Positions 10,339 through 20,410 of a stretch of DNA of 33,864 nucleotides are shown here, one piece after another. The stretch covers positions 118,968 through 152,831 of the forward strand of contig JAKMXF010000301.1 of assembly GCA_024704765.1 (NCBI GenBank), written 5' to 3'. The notes beneath the pieces were generated by a model. That model was not told the origin of the DNA. It made no database searches and saw only the letters and a program-made list of their open reading frames with translations. The stretch is from Oopsacas minuta. Taxonomy: Eukaryota > Animalia > Porifera. The translations under genes and the position numbers were made by a program. Positions within the stretch are counted from its first letter, which is position 1. Every line of letters starts with the position of its first letter.

Positions 10339-10851
10339 AGATAATACTTTAGATTAACACAAGGTAGTTAGCATGCCGCACCTCCACTAAGCCCCTGCTC
10401 ACGCTTGAGGGAGAGGATGAACTTCCATATGGTGGGGTGATGGCAGCCGACAGTGGCATTGTAGCTCCGGTGCCATGCATCTACAGCGTTGGTTGTACGG
10501 GGGAGTCCTAAGGGCGTGCCGATGTGATTGTTCCACAGGTGAATAGGGTACGTCGCCGCTACATGGTATCCACTGGCAAGTGTGCGGCCGATATAAGTCC
10601 TCTCAAAGTAGTCGACTAGTTCGCCTATCTGAGGCGTATGGGGGAGGTCCATTGCCACTTGATCAAACAGATCGGGTACGCCTGCTGGTCGGGCAAAAGT
10701 AAGGGCTGGTATCTTCCGATGCGCACTGCCAATGCACCACATCACCAATCCTCCTCTGTACGGTAAACATATAGCCCCCTTCCATCATCTTCTTGCCTCC
10801 TCTGATGATGCTGATCAACCTGAATGGCTGATCAGAAGGAGGCTCTGCCAT
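10339..10851 (-). pseudogene. second, inverted, internally deleted copy of the same MULE, retaining the start codon
   Basis: The minus strand from ATG 10851 reads MAEPPSDQPFRLISIIRGGKKMMEGGYMFTVQRRIGDVVHWQC, then joins directly to sequence matching 9930-10316. Confidence 0.9.
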
Positions 10852-12299
10852 TGTTCACATAAATTGAAAAAATACAATAAAATATATGAATAATTAGTTG
10901 AGAAAGAAATGTTGAATCAAACCATTCAGCTTAGTCTAAATATGAGAGTGAGGCCAAACACAAATTCAAAAATTTACAAATAATTCAGTGTGCAGATGGA
11001 TTTACTCCAAAACCTGGAAAATGAATCAGTTTGACCACATAACGCTGGATTTTCATGGACAGATTTTGAAAATCCAGTTCAAACTCTTGACAGTATATTA
11101 TTTGATAAATGTGACCTACATATTATAAGCCCTAGGCGCTGTAATGAAAATTTGGACCATGGATGCGTCAAAAGGGTATTATGCATATATAATTTAACAA
11201 TTCCAACGACCTTACTTAGCAATGATATATCATGTAAACCTACTTAGAGTTATAAAATCAATCGATTTACTAACGAGAACAGATTTTGTTTGAGTTAATA
11301 CAAAATTATATTAATACTACTAGTACATGTACGCTGACACTATGTCAGCAATGTACGCTAGCTAAGTTATAAACACTAAAAATAAAAGATATTCTACTCT
11401 TTACTTCTCAAATTTCGCATGTCTTCCCCTTTTGATCTAATGAGAGCGTTTAAGTTCTTTACTTTGTAAGTAAATAAGCAATTAGTAATTGGAGGGAGCA
11501 AATTTCGCAACACATCCTGGACAATATGTTACACTATTGACATCTCTCCCTCCATACTTCAGTTCAATTTTCATCAATTAATTGGACAGCCAGTTGTACG
11601 AGGATCTTTCGAGAAGGGACAGATAACAATCTTTCTATTTAAGACTATTTTTGTTCAATTCAAATAAGAAATTTCCAGAGATAATCCACAGTGTGGCAAA
11701 ATGGCGATTATGGAGATAATAAGTACTTACACTGAAGATATAGGTTGAATTTTGTCATATACAGTAAATAGACTCTGTAGATTTAAAATATTGCACCAGA
11801 TTTTTAGTTGCAATTCTGGAAATGGGACTATGACGTAATCTGTGGTATTTGATATAATTTATAAATATGGTTCAAGAATAAATGAGTTCCAAATTTGTGA
11901 GTGTTTTGTACCAGTCAGTCCTATTTATTGATAAACTTGAAACAATGCGTATAATGAATTCAATTCGGCATTGGATACTTCATAAAATGATACTAATGAA
12001 TTTTAAATTGAGTAAGTATAAAATGTTATGACGGAAATAAAATTTTCTAAAAATACATTTCATCTTAATCGGTGGGCCCCATACACTCAATGCCAAAAAG
12101 GCATAAGTGGGCGCCTTGGGCGGGTCTAAAAGTTATTGAGAATGAAATTTAGAAAGATGTAGTATGCGAAATTTTCAACCATTCTACTCGCAATTATTAT
12201 TTGAAAGTAAGATCGGGGACCTAAAATGTAGGTCAAGGAGCTGAAATATGGATAAAATAGACGCTATTACTGCTTGAAAATGAAAAATAAAGAAATAAC

Positions 12300-15080
12300 T
12301 TGTTTTGCAAACGAGTTAAGATTAATCACATAATGCATGCGAATACTGATAAATTCCATTGAGTTACCGAATATCCAGGAATGCTGAAATATCGCAAGGG
12401 TATTTGATGAATAATTGTGGTTTTCAGGTTTTCAAATTTCAAATTTCAAATTGTAGCCTAAGTTTGAGACTTTGGTTAGAAATGTCATTAGTTCATTAAG
12501 TAACTAATATTAGCATATTTCTAGGTTTGAAATAGTGTAAAATCGAATGCATACGCTAATTTTGGTAAACAGCGAAGTCAACCTTCACCAATTACCGCAT
12601 AATTCCAAACTGTGTAAATGGTACACTCTAGGACACGATCAAAAAGCCATATAAGAGAGCCTTCTCCAAGGAATGGTATTAATGCGTACTCACTGTCCTC
12701 ATCTGCTCTGATTTAAAAGGTTTTTCTTTCAGACAATATGGCACGATTCACACTTAGAATGTTTGAAATAAGAATAGACTGAGTAACCAGAAACCAAAGC
12801 TAAACATTGTAAAGTAGTTACATCAAGTTGGATATTCAATAAATCATTTAGATCAACCGTGTAATCAGTTAGATTAAAGCTGGCGTCCTAATGCTCTTTG
12901 ACAGAAGAAGAAAATGAGTTTCGAAAATCTGTAATGAAGTTGTCCAGCATCCTGTGCATTTGTAAATAATTTGTAGATACTTGCTAGGTTTAATCGATGC
13001 TTTGTTTCGAGAATCTAGCAATAAGAAATATGATACTGTACGCCAGCTACCATACGATGGAGACAAATGTGATGATCTAAAGGATCGTTTGGAAGGAAAT
13101 AGGTTAGGATATAATCAAAACCGCATTTCTCAGTTAAGCGATTGTCAATTTTGGTGAGGTAAATTAGTGATGTCTGAAACTTGTGACATTTACTCACTTA
13201 GTTTCCCACTTTCTGGAGATTGTTTCCTACTATCAAGCCATGCGATAAGATGATTGATAAAAAATATATCTTGAATCATTGTTGGTAAGTGGAAGGGAGT
13301 ATTCGTCTTTCAAGAGTATTCCTTAAATAACTTTCATAGGAATATTCACATTAAATATTCCAATATTGCTAGTTAACCTGTTAAAAAATAAAGCTCTCTC
13401 TCGAGGAATTCTGGAAAACTATGCCTGCTGTAGTTGATTCGTCCAACACTCTTAAGCAAGACTGACATTCTGATATTCCAATATCGATGGGCCAACTATA
13501 TTACGCTCTGAGGCGTGGAGCAAACTTAATGGTATGGTTCTGCTCAGATTTGTAAAGCAAGCGTACATCTTCGAATGATGCAAAATTAGCACTGTCACTT
13601 GTGTTAAACTGAGGGTATCTAAACATCATATTGTAGTCTTTGAGGTTTAGCAAGTTGTTGCGTATAGATTTCAAAATAAAATGGAACAATAGAAATAATG
13701 ATAGGCAGGAATCAAAAGGATGTGGGACTGTAGCATCCAAAGTTGTAGACGGAGAGAATAATTAGAAGATAGTAACGTTCAGAGGGTAGTTATAAGTACA
13801 TGACACTAGGACATCAAGGTTACAATGCTCGATATTGCAGATAATTTCCTTAGCCAGAAGGAATAAAGTTTTGCTGATGTCGTAGAACAGGGAATAAGAC
13901 GAACAATCGCGGGCCATTTCTTGCGTAAACTGGAAAACTTTAGAGTCGGAACGATAATTTTTCGAGCTTGGTATGTATTTCAGATTTACGTTGTTGTTGA
14001 GTAAAATTTGTCATTCCTTGCTTGAGGTACATAATGTAGTAAATATCTTTCCTGACATTTGTAAATAATACCTGGATATTCCTATGGGGTAAGAGATAAA
14101 CAGTCTAGAGATTTGCAGGTAATTGTTGCACATTGGTGAGATCAGGTGAGATTTTAATGCAACTACTTGTGTGATGATGTTATACCTTATTCTGTTGTTA
14201 GGAACAGTTGCGTTTTTTAATTGACACAAAACGAACTGCAAACGAGAAATGTGTGAATGCGTATTAGACGAATCGGTCGACAGAGTATTGATTTCCAAAT
14301 CTGTATCTTGGAGTAGCTTCTTTAAGCAATTCTATATACTCTTGTGATCTGATGTCTTGGTAATATGTTGATAGACATTGTTGGATGGAACTTCTTGAAT
14401 TCTCTGTTTATTATGTATGACGAGAAGAATGTTTTCACACTGTCTGATATCATTGAAAACATCCGTATGGATCTTAATAATTTCACCCTTCCCGAGGGCC
14501 TTGATGATAAGAGAACTGTTAGTGATTACAGTTGAATCAATTGATAGAGCTCGATTAGTGAATGAAAGTTTTATTAAGTGAAGAGTATGATTATCAGAGT
14601 GACATTGAATGCAGTTGTCCGGTAAATCTGTATATTGAGGGAAGCTTTTCCAGCAGGTCTGTAAAGTCATGAAGTTGAATTTACTTCTTCAAAAAGTCGT
14701 GCTAAACCCAATGCAAGATCAAACAATTCTTGTTCCTTAGACACATACGTGATGCGGGCAGGTTTGTTAGCAGTGGAAGATAAGTATGCCGGAAAAGCAG
14801 GTAGGATATACGGTATGGCAGTCTTTAAAGAGTTTGGGCTTCGAACGTTCAATATGTTGTATAGAGCCTTCCTCTTGATGAATTTCAAACGTACATAATA
14901 TGCCTCCCCAACGAAAATGCTTGATACATACATAGGTATACTCAATTTAAAAGCTCCTTCTCTAAAAATCGATTGTCGCAATTTATCCGCTAAGTCTGGA
15001 GACTTGGGCAGAAAAAAATAGGTGTATTACCTTCACCCCAATATTGCTTCGCAATAGGGAACTGAGCATGTAGGAGGCAT
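12300..15080 (-). pseudogene. degenerate THAP-domain P-element/THAP9-like transposase
   Basis: From ATG 15080: MPPTCSVPYC...YVCIKHF...AIPYI (THAP). Then LQFVLCQLKNA..RYNIITQVVALK; PHPFD..ILKSIRNN; ASFEDVRLLYKSE; FDYILT..NDPLDHH; QYHISYC; ALVSGYSVYSYFKHSKCESC. Many stops and frameshifts; the 3' boundary is approximate. Confidence 0.88.
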
Positions 15081-15258
15081 TGATATGCAAAAGGACTAAT
15101 ATTCAATAATTAAGAAAATAAATATGAGTTGGGCCGGAGTATCGAAAGTAAAAACAAACTTGTGAGTGTACTAAACAAAATCGTCAATAAATTTGAAAAA
15201 TTTTTCAATTAATAGCATACTAGAGGATATTAACGATTTATTAAGATATGTGTTAAAA

Positions 15259-17427
15259 GGGGCGCATGCATTAGCTCCAATTGTCATGTTGTCGATAGCT
15301 CGACTCAGCTTTTAGTATTTTGTCATAGCTTGACTCAGTTTTTAACTATTTTTTCGATAATTCGACTCAGTTTTTAACTATTTTTTCGATAATTCGACTC
15401 AGTTTTTGACTGTGTCATCGATAGCTCGACTCATTCAGTTATATGGCTGTTGTCAATAGGAAATAATTACTGAATAGATTTGTTTTGAAAAGTAACATTT
15501 CATGGAATTATAAACACTTTGCTTCACTGGTATGAGAAGCTTTTAGGTCTCTAGATATTATTGTATTATTTACATCTCCGAAAATGGAATACACATCAGA
15601 CAGCTATAGGCGTAGTAATGGAAAAATTCTTACAACAACCGATGAGTTTAAGTATTCTAACTATAAAGTGAAAGAAAATACAACATACCTCAGATGTGTT
15701 TTATCAAAAACGAGTGCAAAGAGAGAGCTAAATTAGAGTTAGAAAATAATTTGACATATCCCAGTTCAATTCATAAGCAGGGTAATGATGAGCATACATC
15801 ATGAGTTTATGAATTGAAGGCCATATGCAAGAAAAGGGCGCAAACTTTCAAGACAATTTAAGGAAGATTATCGATGACGAAACAAGAACGGGTCTGTTTG
15901 CAAGTGAAAATTCTATCAATGAGTGTGAGTCTTCTATGTACGATTCTAGGAGAAGATTGCAACCTAAGATCCCCCTTACAGAGATAGAATTCTCAGTTGT
16001 GTTACCCGAATCTACTTTTGCAACTCACTACAAATTTGCTCTCACGAGTAATAACTATACTGCTGTTGTCTTTTATTCTCAACACATGAAAAATTACCCA
16101 TCAGAAATTTCCAATATTCAGTCAGATGGGACATTTTATAGAGTGTGCCATCCCAATTCTCCCAATTATGGACGGTATTTGTGGTAATTGATCGACATGC
16201 ACTCCCAGGCATAAATTGTTTAATGACGTCAGAAGATCAAGAACTCTAGACTGCAATAATAGCCAAGATCCATTCCCTCATTCCAGATTTCAAACCGAAA
16301 ATCTGTATTTCTGACTGGAAACCAGCCCGCGAAATTGTTTTAAAAGAAATTCATCCCACCATTAAAAATCAGGGATGTTGTGTCCACTTGACCCAACGTA
16401 TCTGGGCCAAAACACAGAAGCTTGGGCTAGTTCAGAGTTTTCATGGTAATCTGGAAACTGCCAATTTCATAAGAAATCTCATCGCAATACCATTTCTCCC
16501 AGCAAGTTGAATTCGTCCAACCTATACATTCCTCCAAGTACCGGATTTAACAAATCTAGAATCAGGCAATTGGAGCAACTTCATAAATACTTCAAGAAAA
16601 GATGGATTACTCAAATAAATCCAGAGGAGCTTTCTATCTATGAAGCTGAAATTACTACCAATAATGCAGCGGAAAGCTATTACACAAAGCTAAAATCCAT
16701 CATTAAAACACATCATCCAAAAGTATGGCATTTTCTGAAAACTCTTAACAATAAGATAGAAGATATAGATAATGAAATGGGGAGATTGAGACCAGGTCAT
16801 AGCATTTCTAGGCCGAGGAAATCAAAGCATGTTCTAAATGATCAACAACGCGATGTTATTAAGGAAAAGTCCAGAATTGGGGAGTTGACTCCTTGGCAGT
16901 ATCCAAATGCAATGAACAACACTATTGGTGGTACCTTTACTGAAATTGAATTCTCTGATACTGATGAGTCAGACACTTCAGACAATGAAAGCGAGGATCG
17001 ATTAGTAGAGAATATTTGTGTAATATGTCTGATGCAGCGGACAACAACTTGAGTGTTCCTACCTTGTAAGCACGCTAATTGTGTGCAGCATGCAGCGAGA
17101 GAATGGAGGAATAGAATCAGACGTGTCCAGTGTGCCGTGCTCCAATTATCAGTCAATTCCAAATTTATACTTAGTAGTTATACACTTGTTTATCCACTTT
17201 TTCATTCATTTACACAATCTTTTGATATCATAGCAATTAAATATTTCTCATACTCACTATACAATATACTTATTCAATAAACAAACAGTAGAAGAATAAA
17301 AAATTATGCATAACACATGGGTAAGGTATCGACAACATACTAAATACTGAGTCGAGCTATCGACAACATAGTTAAAAACTCAGTCGAGCTAATGCACAAT
17401 ATTTTACAATTATATGCATGTAGGTCC
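15259..17427 (+). mobile_element. MULE element with repeat-rich terminal inverted regions
   Basis: GTTGTCGATAGCTCGACTCAG (left, ~15287-15308) is the exact reverse complement of CTGAGTCGAGCTATCGACAAC (right, ~17347-17367). The left end has ~33-bp tandem subterminal units. No TSD found, so the termini are approximate. Confidence 0.75.
15584..17174 (+). pseudogene. MULE transposase with N-terminal FLYWCH-like region and C-terminal RING finger
   Basis: ATG 15584, YLRCVL.., QSDGTFY (D1), CISDW (D2), GCCVHLTQRIW, YFKKRWI, TTNNAAESY (E), HPKVWHFL, an acidic linker, then CVIC..PCKHANCCAAC..TCPVCR (with frameshift and stops). Confidence 0.9.
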
Positions 17428-17548
17428 TAAACTAATTATGATTTGTAGCAATCGTACCTTGGGGAAATTCAATAACATCCTCAATCCCTCATCAAATATT
17501 TTGAATGTCCTTTTATACAATAATGTAATCTTGAGAATCTAGTAATTA

Positions 17549-17779
17549 TCGTATTTCGCTGAAAAAGCGGCTCAGCGCCTAGTTATTTAGTGGGATTTAT
17601 TTGGTTTGAAATTTTTTAAGAATAATATCACTTTAAGAGTTTCATTATCACAATTGGTTAGATAGTGAAATTAAGCGTAAATTTCGTAAAGAGAATAAAT
17701 ACAAGGGATAAAATAATACTTCATTCCCTAGTTTTGGGTAGCCGCTTAATTAAAACGGCGCTTATTCAGGGAAATACAG
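17549..17779. mobile_element. pogo/Tigger-like MITE (CCGTATTTC-type TIR)
   Basis: Left TCGTATTTCGCTGAAAAAGCGG and right GGCGCTTATTCAGGGAAATACAG form an imperfect ~23-bp inverted pair. Confidence 0.6.
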
Positions 17780-18544
17780 TGCGTATGTATTAAAAACCCC
17801 GGACAAATAGGGATTTTGGTGAAAATTGTACAATGTTCACCCTAATATAATTAATCAGGTCGCTATAATGGTTTTGGCATTACTCAGGAAAAGGCTGTTC
17901 GTATTATCCGTTGGTGTTTGTATTATCATGATTTGTCAATTTTTGGATGAGTCCAAAGTAGCAAATAACGTAAAGCTAAAAACATCAGCAAGAAGAGATG
18001 CTTTATAAATAGAAATATGGATAAAGCAATGGCAAGGAGCCAAAAACGAGCGGCAACATACCAGATTTCAACTCTAGATTAGGCTAACTGAAAAGTCCTT
18101 TAACCAAAGTTTTTAGAGCCAATGTATATAAACACTTCCTCCAAAGACTGTTACTTCAATGAGCTTTAATTTTAAAATATCTTCTTGGATTATTAGTTGA
18201 AAATACAAAATTGGAAAATTATGAGAGGCATGCATTAGTCAGACAGATGTATGAATTTGTCTGAAATGTGAAGGAAGATGTTTTTTTGGATGCGCTTGTC
18301 TAGATTTTACCAACAATCATCAGGAGGCCAGCCATTCAGATAACACCCAGGACCAATGCTGGCACTTATCACATAGAAAAGATCTTCACTATAATAAACA
18401 TAGTGAAGCAAATACAAATATTACAAATTAGAAACATCTTACTGACAAATGATACTGCAAATATTCTGACAAATGTAGCGTCCCCAAAGTTATCCTTAGA
18501 AATAAAAAGTATTTCAAATGATGATAGGGATGTATATATGATTA

Positions 18545-19410
18545 CCTTATTGCCTTGAATACACCGTACAACAAATTTTCAATTTGGAAACAAAACGAGA
18601 AAGTAGGTCTCGATAGTCAATTAGGATCTCCTGATTCCGAATATGAGAACAGTTTTGCTCAATCACGCAACAATTTTATAGAATTCGAAGATGCAACACG
18701 TGAAATACCACAATTTTCAAAAATTATATATTGAAATATCATCTAGTCATGTAAAACCGGTGAAGATTATTAAACTACATAGGATTTTGACCAAATATAT
18801 ACTAGAACAAGCTATTATAGGAAAGAAATTGGTCGTTTTACTAACGAACTCTAAATCACACATACAAAACATGAGAAAAAATCACAAAATATCTTAAAAT
18901 ACCATATACACAAAGGTTTAGCCAACACAGAGCTATTTCTTGTAACAAATGAATTCAATATAACCATGAATGTAAAATTCCTCACAAGTTTTACCAGACT
19001 AGTTGATATTTAAGTAGAAATTTTTTGAAATATATGCCATTTTCTCAATTTGGGAGTTGAAATCTTTAAAATTGTTGCGTGATTGAGCAAAGCTGTATGC
19101 ATATTGGGAATCAGGAGATCCTAATGGATTATAGAGACCTAATCAGGTTCTCGTTTGTTTCCAAAATGAAATTTGTTGTACAGTGATATTAACCGGGGAG
19201 ATTAATAATTCCAAGACACTCTGAAACTGAGTTGCGACTTTTGAAAACACATTAATTTCTATATAATCTTACTTATGTGCTTACATTAGTGTTTTTATAA
19301 TACAAAAACAGTAGATAAATCAAAGCATAGGGGAAATGACAATTCATTTGTATTTGTGGAGCCCCATAGGGGCCGATTATTCAAGGGTGATATAGTTATA
19401 AGTAATACGG
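18545..19410. mobile_element. pogo/Tigger-like MITE, TA-flanked, interrupted by a second element
   Basis: TA|CCTTATTGCCTTGAATA on the left and TAATACGG|TA on the right. Removing 18562-19188 restores similarity to the related end at ~29274 (CCGTATTTCCTTGAATAGTAGCCACGGGCGGTTATTAATTC). Confidence 0.6.
18562..19185. mobile_element. non-autonomous element with ~125-bp TIRs starting CAC(C/T)GTACAACAAATT and a 3-bp ATA TSD (possibly CMC/Chapaev3-like)
   Basis: 18562-18690 is the imperfect reverse complement of 19065-19185. ATA flanks both ends (18559-18561, 19186-19188). The superfamily is inferred from CACTG termini and the 3-bp TSD. Confidence 0.8.
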
Positions 19411-19929
19411 TATTATTCAAAGGTAGGTATATTTAAATGGTGTCAGGCATTACATCCTAAAGTGACCGCTAGACCCCAGCCCACATTTATAGAGTGTCGT
19501 TTCTAGGGAAATTAAGAAATATGGACGAAATTCCAGGATTATAAAGGTTCCTCAATTTAGAGACGCCAGTTAAAGAGATTACACTATTTAATAGTAAAAG
19601 TAAATTACGAACCAGAGGAATCGTAATTCATCGAAATTGGGGGCAATCAAAATATATTCAATTGGGATTATCCTCACATCCATATTATGAATAAATTATA
19701 ATTGCAACTTTACCAGTCCTTGAAATTGACCCGAAATTGTAATTGAACAAATGTGATAGACCTACACTTTGCCCAAGCCAATTGAGAAGCGAGATGTGGT
19801 AACATTACAAGGGGTTAACCGCACTTTACGGTATTTCCAAAGTCACCTAGGGGTCAGTACATTTCCCAAGTGACCTTCCCTGAACTAGAACCAAATCAAA
19901 ATAGTTGCGCTTGGAGTATTATGACACCT

Positions 19930-20020
19930 AAACGGACACTCCGAATAGCGGAGAATTCTCTACAACGGTCAGATACAATGTCCCAAACGTGTCCGTTATT
20001 CGGAGACTCCACTTTAATCA
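19930..20020 (-). mobile_element. Tigger-like MITE fragment
   Basis: The minus strand reads AAGTGGAGTCTCCGAATAACGGACAC...CCGCTATTCGGAGTGTCCGTTTA, an internal inverted ...CCGAATA.CGGA motif typical of pogo-type MITEs. Confidence 0.45.
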
Positions 20021-20410
20021 AGATTGAATTTAACCATTGTACAATCGGGAAATTGCTAAAAGCGTAACTTAAAACCATTACAATAAATAGTGTATTATAC
20101 AAGTGTCCCAGCATCCACTTTTTTAGGAAGAAACCTGAAATTCATGAAGAAAATCGTAAATTGTTTGCGATTAAATAAAGCCCGCGCAGTAATCATAGAT
20201 TGAGCGCGCAACTTTAATGCTCTGCCTAAATCTGAAACGATGCAGGCTATATTTTCTCATGTCCATTGAAATATAAACAATGCTGTAGAGACAGTGGCAC
20301 ATGAGTTCTAATTAGCAAAATACGTTGTTCACAAATCAATCACTTATAAATGATTATGCAGCTAACTTAATACATACACACACACATAATGATAGAGTAC
20401 ATGACAGAGA

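Noticed and set aside
11146-11164. 19-bp near-identical motif GAAA(A/T)TTTGGACCATGGAT shared with 33008-33026
   Set aside because: It is too short and the flanks do not extend. It is probably a trace of an old repeat.
11400-11950. Possible decayed coding sequence
   Set aside because: The frames I translated contain frequent stops, and I could not chain motifs to any family.
18000-18500. Cys cluster CLKCEGRCFFGCAC suggesting a CXC-domain transposon tail
   Set aside because: It is one short motif without supporting upstream conservation.
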